Part shown: one piece after another, positions 31,118-41,205 of the stretch
How the letters are laid out: each line of letters opens with the position of its first letter
Numbering within the stretch: the first letter of the stretch is position 1
Origin: Bacteroidota bacterium
Lineage (GTDB): Bacteria; Bacteroidota; Bacteroidia; Chitinophagales; Chitinophagaceae
DNA length: 64,000 nucleotides
Assembly (NCBI GenBank): GCA_016712665.1
Contig: JADJQP010000011.1
Location: forward strand, 4,824 to 68,823
Direction of reading: 5' to 3'
Position numbers and translations under genes: made by a program
The notes under the pieces: generated by a model
What the model was told of the DNA's origin: nothing
Database searches by the model: none
The model's input: the letters and a program-made list of their open reading frames with translations, nothing else

Positions 31118-31147
31118 TTGAAAATGAAATGATACTGACATTTTCAA
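31118..31147. terminator. 9-bp perfect hairpin between convergent genes (possible bidirectional terminator)
   Basis: TTGAAAATG-12 nt-CATTTTCAA, immediately after the GH92 stop. Confidence 0.35.
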
Positions 31148-31172
31148 ATTGTCACATCTTCAAATTGTCAAA

Positions 31173-31853
31173 TTATCTAAGGTCCACAACTTCTACTTTA
31201 GGATACTTCTTGGCATTAAACACAAACATGTTGTCGGTCATAGCAGCATTTGGCGTATAACCACTGACAGTGTATGCGTACACATTCCCATTTTTTTCGT
31301 ACATCTTTCCACCGGCTACTACACTATTGGCCTTATCAATCATCAATTCCACTTTAGAATACTGTTTACTTTTATTGGTAGGAGCCAAATGAATCACATC
31401 TACTTTCTTACCACCAACAGTTTGCTCTCCGGCATATTTGTATGTGTATTCTTTATCGTAGAAGTTGGTAAATAATTTAGAAGGGGTGAATGAATTTTCA
31501 TTGGGGTCAAAACTGGTAATTTGTACTTCATTACTTTCTTTCATATAGGTCTAAATCGTTTTGGTATCGCAGTAAATTTCCTGCCCAGAAAGGTTGATAA
31601 AATATTTATCGCCCTTCATATTAACGGTGCCTTTTTTGGTTTGGGGTTTTGCTCCCTTGGCGCCGGTAATGGTAATGGAAAAATTGGCCTTCAGTGATTT
31701 TAGCGCCTTTACTTTTTTACTAACATTGTCGAGAATAACTTTTGCTTTGGGGTCATTTTGTGCATGAACCAGTGTGGTCATACAAACGAATAGAAGCGCG
31801 AAAAAGATTTTTGTCATCTGAAAATTTTTGTTTGGACTGATTTTGGACCGCAA
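31173..31853 (-). pseudogene. LolA-like outer-membrane lipoprotein carrier protein, interrupted by an in-frame TAG
   Basis: ORF 31551..31853 has a signal peptide (MTKIFFALLFVCMTTLVHAQ). ORF 31173..31544 is in the same frame. The joined sequence reads ...QEIYCDTKTI*TYMKESNEVQIT. Confidence 0.7.
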
Positions 31854-31913
31854 AGATTAAAAACTATTTGTAAATAGGATGTAAACCGAGGCGAATGTTT
31901 ACTATTCATATTG

Positions 31914-32711
31914 TTAATCTTTCTGGATGGTGTAATAGGCACAGGTTGTCAAAAAATTTCGAAGAAATGGAATGGCGCCGAAAAGCCAAACTTGCCTACG
32001 AGGTTTCAAACCAAACTTGTAGCGGTAAATCGGATTAATCAAAAACCATTGCTTATTGACGATGCTATACCCTGAGGATCGACATATTTTTTCAAACCGT
32101 TCAATGGAGATACCGGTTTGTTTGACATCTACTAATGAATCTATGGCATGCGCTCCTTCACCGGCGAGCCGCAATACCCATTTATACATACCCATTGGCA
32201 ATAGGTGATAATAGGGGATTTTTGAAGTCCATTTCTTTTGCGCAATTTGCTGGTGACCTCCAAATGGCATATACCAAGGCGGGAATCCAAAAAATATTTG
32301 TCCCTTTGGTTTCAGTAACTTCTTCATAAAGGGAATAAATGCCTCCTGTCCGTGGATATGTTCAATTACGTCCTTCAATACAATTAAATCAAAATATTCG
32401 CCATATTTCTTCAGAAAGGCCTCTTCGTACACATTCTGATTCAGTATGAGCATATGGCTGCTACTAATTTCATTTTTCAGAAATACCTGTGCCAAGTCGA
32501 TACGGGGCTGATCGAGGTCCACACCAACACAGGTACAACCTCTCTCATAAAACGGCTTCAATACCCCACCTTCCCCGCAACCGATTTCAAGTACGGTCAT
32601 TCCAGCCGATACCTTTAAGGTTTTTTCTACAAAAGGCAACACATAGTTGCGTGCATTTTCTACCTGTTGGTCAAAACGCATCTGATGATTGCTATGATGT
32701 TCGAGGGCCAT
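31914..32711 (-). CDS. class I SAM-dependent methyltransferase
   Basis: 265 aa with motif I VLEIGCGEGGVL and VGVDL. Confidence 0.75.
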   Translation of the reverse strand: MALEHHSNHQMRFDQQVENARNYVLPFVEKTLKVSAGMTVLEIGCGEGGVLKPFYERGCTCVGVDLDQPRIDLAQVFLKNEISSSHMLILNQNVYEEAFLKKYGEYFDLIVLKDVIEHIHGQEAFIPFMKKLLKPKGQIFFGFPPWYMPFGGHQQIAQKKWTSKIPYYHLLPMGMYKWVLRLAGEGAHAIDSLVDVKQTGISIERFEKICRSSGYSIVNKQWFLINPIYRYKFGLKPRRQVWLFGAIPFLRNFLTTCAYYTIQKD

Positions 32712-32750
32712 GGATACGAATTAATAAATGCGAATATACTAGATAATTCA

Positions 32751-33809
32751 CTATTGCTTGAGCGCATTGAGCAAATCAAACTGTGTTTTGATTGATTTGT
32801 CATGGATTAGCGCAAATAATTTCAAAATAAAATCGGCATCCAAATCATTCTTTACACCCCATGCTGTCCTACTTTCAATAATTTCGCGCCATCTTTCTTG
32901 TTGAAAAATCGCAATATTATTCTCAATTTTGATGGCTCCTAGTTGCTTCACCAATTCCATCCTCTTTCCGATTAAATCTACTACTTCGGCATCCATGGTA
33001 TCTAGAATTTGCCGAATTTGCTCTATTTCATCCTGCACTGTATCGCACCCGACTTGTCGAAGTACCAAACCCTTCAACAGTTCACCCAATTGAGTAGGTG
33101 TAATTTGTTGCTTGGCATCGCTCAGCGCCTTTTCCGGTTCGGGATGGGTTTCAATCATCAAACCGTCAAAATCAAGATCCATTGCCCGTTGCGCAACAGA
33201 GGCCAATAAGGTAGTGTTGCCACAAATATGACTCACATCGCAAAATATAGGCAGTTCTTTGTATCGTCTTTTCAATTCAATAGGTATGGCCCAGTTAGGT
33301 TTGTTTCGGTAAATGGATTGGGTATCGTATGACGAAAATCCTCGATGAATCGCTGCGATACTCTGAATACCCGCTTGCTGAATTCTTTCCACAGCACCAC
33401 TCCATAAATCAATGTCGGGATTAATAGGATTTTTGATCAATACCGCGACCGTACTCCCCTTTACTGCATCTGCAATTTCTTGCACCAAAAAGGGGTTAAC
33501 AGTGGTGCGTGCTCCAATCCAAACCGCTTCCATTTCATATTTAAGTGCAAGTTCTACTTGTTCACTACTAGCTACTTCCGTACAAAATGGTTTTTGAGCT
33601 ATTTCATAGGCTTGACGCATCCACTTCAATGCATCTTCGCCCCTACCCTCAAAATTCCCCGGCTTAGACCGTGGTTTCCATACGCCTCCCCGTATCATAT
33701 CGACAGGCAAATCTTTAAGTTGGGTAAGTACCGAACGTATTTGCTCCTCACTTTCAACACCGCAGGGACCGGCGATAATATAGGGGGTAGATTTTGAGAA
33801 GATATTCAT
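32751..33809 (-). CDS. bifunctional 3-deoxy-7-phosphoheptulonate synthase / chorismate mutase
   Basis: 352 aa. The N-terminal part is a DAHP/KDO8P-synthase-like TIM barrel (IIAGPCGVESEEQ). The C-terminal ~90 aa resemble AroQ-type chorismate mutase (IRQILDTMDAEVVDLIGKRMELVKQLG). Confidence 0.82.
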   Translation of the reverse strand: MNIFSKSTPYIIAGPCGVESEEQIRSVLTQLKDLPVDMIRGGVWKPRSKPGNFEGRGEDALKWMRQAYEIAQKPFCTEVASSEQVELALKYEMEAVWIGARTTVNPFLVQEIADAVKGSTVAVLIKNPINPDIDLWSGAVERIQQAGIQSIAAIHRGFSSYDTQSIYRNKPNWAIPIELKRRYKELPIFCDVSHICGNTTLLASVAQRAMDLDFDGLMIETHPEPEKALSDAKQQITPTQLGELLKGLVLRQVGCDTVQDEIEQIRQILDTMDAEVVDLIGKRMELVKQLGAIKIENNIAIFQQERWREIIESRTAWGVKNDLDADFILKLFALIHDKSIKTQFDLLNALKQ

Positions 33810-33876
33810 TTGAGTAGTATAATATGTTGTCGATAAGATTTAAGAAAATAAGATTTTTGGCAAAGGGGCCTTCTAG

Positions 33877-34662
33877 TTAGAATGAAAATGGGTGGCTGAT
33901 GCCTTTATATTCAATCAAATCCATTTTCAGCGAGCCAAAAAGGATATCCGCCTTGGCACGAATGGGAATATGGTTTTTGTCATCACTTAGCCAAACCACC
34001 ATATCCTCTTCATGTTTAAAGATGCGTCCTTTTTGTAAAACCGGTACAAATTTTAAACATCGAATTTTCCCCCAAGGTGATTTAATCGTCTCACGACCTT
34101 TATACTTAATCTGCAAATTATACATTGCACCATCAACAACTGTTGGAACCGAGAAAAGTTGTCCTTCTTTTGCATTCCCTAAATCCATGGTACGAGCCAA
34201 ATAGAATCCCGAAAGCATATCCTGAGCATTTTGCCAAATGTCGATCATTTTGCCATTGGCACTCATTTTCTTTTGATTGTGAAAAAAGACATAATCCTGC
34301 GACATTTTATAACCGCCCTCGTCTACTCTTCTGCCAAAAAACCAGGGAATCAGAGCTTCCTCATCAATATAGGTTTCATATCGATCTCTGATTTTGAAAA
34401 AGAAATCAAAACTACCTTTAGACCTTCCAATACCTACTACATGTAAGGTATTTCGATCGGCAAATTTCTTATTCTCATCTGTAATTTCAATGGTGGCTAT
34501 AGCAGCATCAATAAATCCATAATGGATCCGATAGGTAAGTTTTTCACCTCTTTTGAATGATTCATTGGTTACTTTACGATACGCAGTTTGCGACTGCACT
34601 ACAAATGTAGAAAAAATAATAACAACAAAAAGTAATATGGTTTTTCTCATGAATTCCATCAT
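33877..34662 (-). CDS. DUF3108-like secreted protein
   Basis: 261 aa with a signal peptide. The GEKLTYRIHYGFIDAAIATIEI pattern resembles DUF3108 family members. Confidence 0.45.
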   Translation of the reverse strand: MMEFMRKTILLFVVIIFSTFVVQSQTAYRKVTNESFKRGEKLTYRIHYGFIDAAIATIEITDENKKFADRNTLHVVGIGRSKGSFDFFFKIRDRYETYIDEEALIPWFFGRRVDEGGYKMSQDYVFFHNQKKMSANGKMIDIWQNAQDMLSGFYLARTMDLGNAKEGQLFSVPTVVDGAMYNLQIKYKGRETIKSPWGKIRCLKFVPVLQKGRIFKHEEDMVVWLSDDKNHIPIRAKADILFGSLKMDLIEYKGISHPFSF

Positions 34663-34695
34663 TAATTGATTCGCAAAAATGCGACTATTGTGCGA

Positions 34696-35841
34696 CTATT
34701 TTCTTTTGTTTACGTTAAATAATGTAAAATCGCTTTTGTAAGTAAAAAATACGGAATAACTATACTCAAAGGTAGCCGCATCCAAGTCGTAATAAGGCTC
34801 AAATCGCACATTGACATCGAGTACATTAAACACTTTTCGAGCATAGAGCACTCTAAAAAATAAAAGATTTCTATTTGCCTGCACATATCCGGGAGTGCCG
34901 TAAATAGAGGCCTCCGACTGAAATAAATAGCCCCCTCGTGATGCTAGAAATTGACTGGCATTCCAATATCCTACAGAAGCTGCGATATCATATTTAGAGA
35001 TGGCGGTAGCATTTATATACAGTCCGCTTCCTTGTTTAAAAGTAAGTGTTTTGGTGGGTGACAAATCATTAAAAAGGGTATAGTAATTTTCTGTGGAAAG
35101 AGATTTAATAAACGCCCCCTCCCTTTGATTGTTGAAGTGAACTTTGAAACCAATGGCTGCATTCGCAATGGTTTTTAGAGGAGTGGTATCGATATCAATT
35201 TGTCCTCCCTTATGCGAAACCAAAAATTGTAAGGGTATACTTAGTTCCCATTGCTTCTGTTTTATTATCGAGAAATCGGTATGATGACCTACGCTAAACT
35301 CTTCCTGAAAAGTAGAACCGGGGTACTGCATCCGCTCCCACTGAAGCCAGGTGTCACTCCATAGTTTCTCCTTGTCGACTTTTATTTGCAATCCATTTTC
35401 GATGGGATTGCTGATAAATCGTTCATAATTATACAAAGGTTCAATGAGCCGATGTGAAATATTTCCTTCCAAACTTCCAAAAATGACGCTGTATCCGTTC
35501 TTTTGAATTTTACAACTCAAAATAGGCTTTACCAAAAGGCTGGTATCGTTTCCGAAGTCCTTTTGAAAAAATGCACCGGCTTGCAGTCGAACAAACGCAT
35601 TCGGCATATAGGCAAATTGGGCACCCAATTGTGAACCCATCAAGGTATATCCGGTACTTATTTTTCCAAAATATTCATTATTCTTAAAAAAATTATTGGA
35701 TTGAATAGAGAGCAACACTTTCTGCTGAAGACTATCCTTAACGTTGATAGGATTTTCAAGCAGCTGGTTATTTATTTGAGCACTTATTGTTGTACCTGCA
35801 AATAAAAAAATAAGGATTACCCAATTCTGTATACGCATCAT
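34696..35841 (-). CDS. hypothetical outer-membrane beta-barrel-like protein
   Basis: 381 aa with a signal peptide (ILIFLFAGTTISAQ), alternating hydrophobic/aromatic strands and a C-terminal aromatic-rich end (FFTYKSDFTLF). Confidence 0.4.
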   Translation of the reverse strand: MMRIQNWVILIFLFAGTTISAQINNQLLENPINVKDSLQQKVLLSIQSNNFFKNNEYFGKISTGYTLMGSQLGAQFAYMPNAFVRLQAGAFFQKDFGNDTSLLVKPILSCKIQKNGYSVIFGSLEGNISHRLIEPLYNYERFISNPIENGLQIKVDKEKLWSDTWLQWERMQYPGSTFQEEFSVGHHTDFSIIKQKQWELSIPLQFLVSHKGGQIDIDTTPLKTIANAAIGFKVHFNNQREGAFIKSLSTENYYTLFNDLSPTKTLTFKQGSGLYINATAISKYDIAASVGYWNASQFLASRGGYLFQSEASIYGTPGYVQANRNLLFFRVLYARKVFNVLDVNVRFEPYYDLDAATFEYSYSVFFTYKSDFTLFNVNKRK

Positions 35842-35878
35842 TCGTGTGCAAAGATAAGTTGTAAATTAGATAATTGCA

Positions 35879-37090
35879 TTATAAAGCAGCCCCTAACAAT
35901 AGCCAACCTACCACCACAAGTGGTGCTGGAATTTTGGAGTACATCAATAAAGCAAACGTAATGGCCACTACCACCAAATTGGTCCACTCAAAGGGTTCGA
36001 TGGAACTAAACAGGATATATCCTGAGGCCCACATAATACCCACCACTACAGCATGAATTCCTTCAAGCGCACGAAATATGACCGTATACTGCTTTATATT
36101 TTGGTAAATGGGAAAAAAGAAAAACAAAAGCATGATACTGGGAAGAAAAACCCCTATCGTTGCAACAATGGCTCCAATCAATTGCGCTTGTGCACCAAAC
36201 TGACTCATACTCATAGCACCCACATAGGTACACATTGAAAAAACAGGACCCGGGATCGCGTTTACCATACCGGCCCCTGTAAGAAACTCAGCGGTTGAAA
36301 AATACTGCCCTATTTGTAAATGTTCCGGCCGAAGTACGTATTGTTCATACATCATGGGTATAAGGGCATGCCCCCCTCCGAAAACGAAACTACCAAAACG
36401 ATAAAAATTCTCAAATAAATTAAAAACCCTGGCACTATGCCAATGTTGTAAACGGGCAAGTTCTGAAAAAATACCGGCCGCTAAAAATATCATTAAAAAC
36501 CCCCATAGATTAATCCACTTTATAGGCTTTTTGGGTTTTCCAATTTCAGGAATACGTTTATCACTGAAGTTAGAAATAATGCCACCAAGTACAATTAAAA
36601 CAGGGAACACCCAGGGTGATCGCAACAATATGGTAACGGCAAGTGCACCCAACATAATACTGTATGTAGCAATATGTTTTACACTAATACGCATCGTGAT
36701 ATAGGCTGCGTAAATCAGGAAGCCAACGGCCATCGGCTGTACATATTTAAATAAATTGGTCTGGATATCCTTCGTTCCGAAATACGTAACCAAAAAAGAT
36801 AAACTACCCATCATAGTTGCCGCAGGCAATATCCAAATGAGCAACGTTGCCAGAGCCAACGACACCCCACCTCTTTTGTAGCCGATTAAAGTAATAGTTT
36901 GGGTAGAAGACGGTCCAGGTAGCATTTGACAAAAAGAAATATAATCCATAAGCTCTTCCTTGCTAATGTCATTGCGCTTTTCGACAAAGGTTTTGAGCAT
37001 CATTCCAAAATGGCCCTGCGGTCCGCCAAATGCGGTAAAAGAATATTTTAGTACTTCTTTTAAAAAAGGAATATGTCTATAGAGATTCAT
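35879..37090 (-). CDS. chrA: chromate transporter (CHR family, duplicated domain)
   Basis: 403 aa and polytopic. Both halves carry the CHR signature (FGGPQGHFGMM and FGGGHALIPMM). Confidence 0.88.
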   Translation of the reverse strand: MNLYRHIPFLKEVLKYSFTAFGGPQGHFGMMLKTFVEKRNDISKEELMDYISFCQMLPGPSSTQTITLIGYKRGGVSLALATLLIWILPAATMMGSLSFLVTYFGTKDIQTNLFKYVQPMAVGFLIYAAYITMRISVKHIATYSIMLGALAVTILLRSPWVFPVLIVLGGIISNFSDKRIPEIGKPKKPIKWINLWGFLMIFLAAGIFSELARLQHWHSARVFNLFENFYRFGSFVFGGGHALIPMMYEQYVLRPEHLQIGQYFSTAEFLTGAGMVNAIPGPVFSMCTYVGAMSMSQFGAQAQLIGAIVATIGVFLPSIMLLFFFFPIYQNIKQYTVIFRALEGIHAVVVGIMWASGYILFSSIEPFEWTNLVVVAITFALLMYSKIPAPLVVVGWLLLGAAL

Positions 37091-37151
37091 TTACAGTGGA
37101 AAGATAGTGCAATAAATGAAAATTTAAAAGCGGTAGCGAGGGTCTACATCG

Positions 37152-37838
37152 CTATTCAATACTAAACGTTGCCGATTCCAAACTCCTGGCCGTTCGATTA
37201 TTACCGATTACTTTAATTTTATCAAACCGAATTCGGTCACCCTTGGAGAGCTTGCCCAATAATTCTTGATAATCTACATTCCCTTGTAAATCGCCGTTTC
37301 GGATGGAAATAACAAACTTGGTTGGACTTTTTAAAGGTTTGCAGGTGATTTCGCATTGGATATTATAATTCAGTTTAATTTTAAAATCCTTATCATCCAA
37401 GGCAACCTTACTTACATTTTTCAGTTCAGTCAATGATATTTTACCATTTGATTTGGTACCGAGTCGTAAACGGGACACATCAGGTACGGTAGCTGTCAAG
37501 TAAATAGATGGATAGTCAATCTTTTTCTGCAATTTACCATTTTGGACTCGGGAGTAGGACAATTGAATACCATTGATAGAGGCATTATTGACAAATAAAT
37601 GAAAAGTACTATCCGTCAGTCTTTCAATTTTTCCTTCGGAAGACCTTACAGATAACACTTTTGATGGTTCAGGATTTTGAATCAAAAAATAGTTATTGAT
37701 ACCAATATAAACCAGCAAATCGTCTGGCTTTTTTAAATTGGGCTGAATGAATGTAACTTGAGCGTTACAAAATGAAGCAGCCAGTATAGCCACTAAAACT
37801 AATAAACTCCTGTGCTGAAAACAACAAATTCGGTACAT
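37152..37838 (-). CDS. hypothetical secreted protein
   Basis: 228 aa with an N-terminal signal-like segment (LLVLVAILAASFCNAQ). I recognise no family. Confidence 0.35.
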   Translation of the reverse strand: MYRICCFQHRSLLVLVAILAASFCNAQVTFIQPNLKKPDDLLVYIGINNYFLIQNPEPSKVLSVRSSEGKIERLTDSTFHLFVNNASINGIQLSYSRVQNGKLQKKIDYPSIYLTATVPDVSRLRLGTKSNGKISLTELKNVSKVALDDKDFKIKLNYNIQCEITCKPLKSPTKFVISIRNGDLQGNVDYQELLGKLSKGDRIRFDKIKVIGNNRTARSLESATFSIE

Positions 37839-37912
37839 AAACCTTGCTAAAGTACTTGAAATTACTAAAAAAGCAAAAAAGGAATCTTGGGTTTCGGCTT
37901 TCGGTGTAAGAA

Positions 37913-38878
37913 TTGTACTTTTGTGGACGTATGAGAAATATCAAGATTATTGAGGTGAAGTCTGAAATTGGTGCCGGCACCCGAGGAGCAAGCTTGGGTA
38001 TTGATGCACTAAAGGTGGCCGCTTTAGATTACATGAGTAATTTCTTCGTTAATTTTCCGAGTGATATTGTTGAAACCGAAAATAACTTACTATACGAACC
38101 CATTGAAAGTCCTTATGCAAAACGTATCAAAGGGGTAAAGCTAATGTTTGGCCGAGTGGCTGAGGCGGTTGAAAACAATTTACGCTCCGGTTTATTCCCT
38201 CTGGTACTGGCTGGTGATCATAGCAGTGCGGGAGGTACTATTGCCGGTATCAAAATGGCCAAGCCAAAAAGTAGATTGGGTGTTGTATGGATTGATGCAC
38301 ATGCCGACATGCATTCGCCTTATACCACACCGAGTGGGAATATGCATGGCATGCCTTTAGCCGTTTCGCTGGCTGAAGACAATTTAGATTGCCAGGTACA
38401 TCAGCCGGACGCACAAACATTAAAACAGTGGGAAGAATTAAAAAACCTTGGAAAAATTTGTCCCAAAATATTGCCGGAAGATGTTGTTTTTATTGCGCTT
38501 CGTGACACCGAAAAGGAGGAAGATTACATTCTCAAAAAATTAGGCGTAAAAATAATTCCGGTTTCTGAGGTTCGCAAAAAAGGGGTAGAACATGTGGTAC
38601 GCCAAACCTTATTGAGTTTACAGCAATGTGATGATATTTATGTATCCTTTGACGTTGATAGTTTAGACAGCAGCATTTCGCGCGGAACCGGTACTCCGGT
38701 TCCTAATGGACTAAGGGAGCGAGAAGCTGAAGATTTGCTAGCCAGTCTAATGCAAAATCACAAAATTTGCTGTTTTGAAATAACCGAAGTAAACCCCACT
38801 TTAGATAAAGAAAATCTGATGGCAGAAATCGCATTCAATATTCTTCAGCGAAGCGTAAACATCTTATTGATGAATTAA
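37913..38878 (+). CDS. arginase/agmatinase/formimidoylglutamase family ureohydrolase
   Basis: Mn-binding motifs LAGDHSSAGG, WIDAHADMH and SFDVDSLD are present. The likely true start is the ATG at 37931 (MRNIKIIEV). Confidence 0.85.
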   Translation: MYFCGRMRNIKIIEVKSEIGAGTRGASLGIDALKVAALDYMSNFFVNFPSDIVETENNLLYEPIESPYAKRIKGVKLMFGRVAEAVENNLRSGLFPLVLAGDHSSAGGTIAGIKMAKPKSRLGVVWIDAHADMHSPYTTPSGNMHGMPLAVSLAEDNLDCQVHQPDAQTLKQWEELKNLGKICPKILPEDVVFIALRDTEKEEDYILKKLGVKIIPVSEVRKKGVEHVVRQTLLSLQQCDDIYVSFDVDSLDSSISRGTGTPVPNGLREREAEDLLASLMQNHKICCFEITEVNPTLDKENLMAEIAFNILQRSVNILLMN

Positions 38879-38929
38879 TCCTCTTTTAGCACCTACCACT
38901 CGTTACGAATTACAACTCAAAAAAAATAA

Positions 38930-39979
38930 ATGACTCCAGAATTATTATCCTATTTAAGATGCCCAGTTAGTAGAGAGCCGTTAGAAATGGAAGTACTGGA
39001 AACCGGTACCAAACAGTACAACGGAACAGAAAAAGAGATTATCCTAAATGGCATTTTAAGAAGTAGCGTTTTCATTTTTCCAATCATAAATGGAATCCCA
39101 AGATTAACCGTGGAGGCATTTATAGATTATGAACCCTTTTTGGCAAAACATGTTAAGGACTTTGTTGCCATAAAAGAAAAAATAAATATTACCTATCATG
39201 GACTTCTTCAATTTGTTTTGAAAAAAAATAAAAAAACGAAAAAAAGTTTCTCTCAGGAATGGGGCTTGTTTAATTATGAAGAGGACAAGGTATGGGATGC
39301 AGATACCGAGGGCATGCTACAACGCTTTCTGCAGGAAAATGACGAAACCAAAGAATCCTTAAATGGCAAATTGATTTTAGATGCCGGATGCGGTAACGGC
39401 TTGCTGAATCAGTCCATAGCTGCCTGTGGCGCCACCATTATCGGTATGGATTTTAGTCAAAGTATTGAACGGGCATTCGAAAAAAATACACAATCTGGGG
39501 CTTTGTTTATACAAGGCGACGTGCAATTTCCTCCCATACAATTTGATTTGTGTGATATAGTACATAGCAGTGGTGTGCTTATTTGCACCACCAATTCTGA
39601 GTTGACTTTTTCATGCCTAGAGACCTGTGTAAAAAAGGGTGGAAAAATAAGTGTTTGGCTGTATCACCCGGTAAAAGGATTAATACATAATACATTCAAT
39701 TTTTTGAGAGGGTATACTTCCAAACTGCCACATAAGGTACAATATTATTTATATACAGTTACCCTATTGCCCATTACCTGGATTGTAAAAAAATTAAAGG
39801 GGAACAAACAAAATACCCGCGAAATGATGATTGACATTCTTGATTGGTTTTCTCCTGAATTTAGATGGGAACATGCTCATGATGAAGCAGCAGCATGGTT
39901 TTCAAAACGAAATTATACTCGAGTACAGGTAACTACCAACGAACTGTTTGGATTTAATATTATTGGTTATAAAAACTAA
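38930..39979 (+). CDS. SAM-dependent methyltransferase with N-terminal Trm112-like segment
   Basis: 349 aa with N-terminal LRCPVSREPLE and motif I ILDAGCGNGLL followed by GMDFS. Confidence 0.65.
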   Translation: MTPELLSYLRCPVSREPLEMEVLETGTKQYNGTEKEIILNGILRSSVFIFPIINGIPRLTVEAFIDYEPFLAKHVKDFVAIKEKINITYHGLLQFVLKKNKKTKKSFSQEWGLFNYEEDKVWDADTEGMLQRFLQENDETKESLNGKLILDAGCGNGLLNQSIAACGATIIGMDFSQSIERAFEKNTQSGALFIQGDVQFPPIQFDLCDIVHSSGVLICTTNSELTFSCLETCVKKGGKISVWLYHPVKGLIHNTFNFLRGYTSKLPHKVQYYLYTVTLLPITWIVKKLKGNKQNTREMMIDILDWFSPEFRWEHAHDEAAAWFSKRNYTRVQVTTNELFGFNIIGYKN

Positions 39980-41103
39980 GGGTTAAGGGTTCTATATAAA
40001 TTGTAAAACTGCTTACCGACCGAATTATACGAATATTTTGCTATGGCGTCTTTCGAAATTTCTTCCGTATTGAATGAATCATACCGGTCAATCATGCAAT
40101 TCATTTTTTCAACCAAATCGTTGGTATCCTTTACATTGACTTTGTATCCGTTGCTTTCGTCAATGAGTTCTTTCACTCCGCCGATATTGGTTACAATAGC
40201 TGGTCTGCCACAACATAGTGACTCCAAAACCACGCACGATTGGCTTTCGGTATCACTAAAAATTATTAGAGACTGACTTTCTTTTATCTCTGTCGCAATT
40301 TGCTTGTAGGAAACTTCCCCCTTAAAGACAATTACGCTATTGAGTAATTGCTTTTCATTTGCTACTTGAACATACTCCTCTTTAATACTACCGACAATTA
40401 CTACCACAAAATCTTGTCGTTGTTGCCACAGTTTTTCTGCTGATTCTATAATCCCTTGAATATTTTTTAAGGGTATCATATTGGAAATATGAATAAATTG
40501 AAAGATCTCCCTTCTTTCGGGTTTCGTATACTGAAACAAAGTAGTATCCACCACATTGGAGATTACGGTAAATTCTTTTTTGGCCACCAATTGATTCATA
40601 TCATCTCCCAAACTATAACTAACAGTGGTTAACCGATCTGCATTCTTCACTACCTGTTTTGTCAAAAATCGAAACCATGTGCTTCTCGACTCAAAGTGGT
40701 CGTCTAAATATGTATTATAAATACCGTAATGTTCGGTAACAATGTATGGCATCTTGTAAAAAAACTTAAACCAGAGTGCCACCATACCTGCCTTTATGGG
40801 TATCTGAACATGCATCGCATTTGGATTCCCTTTTGTATTTCTATACCGTTTTAAAAATGTTTGATGTAGGTTAAAATAATCCCATAGGTTTGAAAGGATA
40901 CTGCCCTTCTTTTTATAATAGATAGTCTCTTTCAATTGAGAATTGACTACTTGTACTGAGGTGTCATTCTTGTCGCAAAAAACAACATGCACTACTTCAA
41001 TGTCAGCGAAGGCGGAAACCGCTACTGCCTGTCTTTGAATAAAATCGCCGGTAAAAATATCGTTCTCATTAGGATACCAGCTACATAACCAAATGATTTT
41101 CAT
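39976..41103 (-). CDS. GT4-family glycosyltransferase
   Basis: 375 aa with a GT-B fold and a C-terminal E-x7-E region (ESQSCVVLESLCCGRPAIVTNIGG). Confidence 0.8.
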   Translation of the reverse strand: MKIIWLCSWYPNENDIFTGDFIQRQAVAVSAFADIEVVHVVFCDKNDTSVQVVNSQLKETIYYKKKGSILSNLWDYFNLHQTFLKRYRNTKGNPNAMHVQIPIKAGMVALWFKFFYKMPYIVTEHYGIYNTYLDDHFESRSTWFRFLTKQVVKNADRLTTVSYSLGDDMNQLVAKKEFTVISNVVDTTLFQYTKPERREIFQFIHISNMIPLKNIQGIIESAEKLWQQRQDFVVVIVGSIKEEYVQVANEKQLLNSVIVFKGEVSYKQIATEIKESQSLIIFSDTESQSCVVLESLCCGRPAIVTNIGGVKELIDESNGYKVNVKDTNDLVEKMNCMIDRYDSFNTEEISKDAIAKYSYNSVGKQFYNLYRTLNP

Positions 41104-41205
41104 GATATGTGAAAATAGAATAGCTTCATGAATTAATCTAAAATATTTTTACAAGCATTTGCGAAGGTCCTTTCGTCATGATGCTGTCAAATGCATCAAA
41201 AGCGT

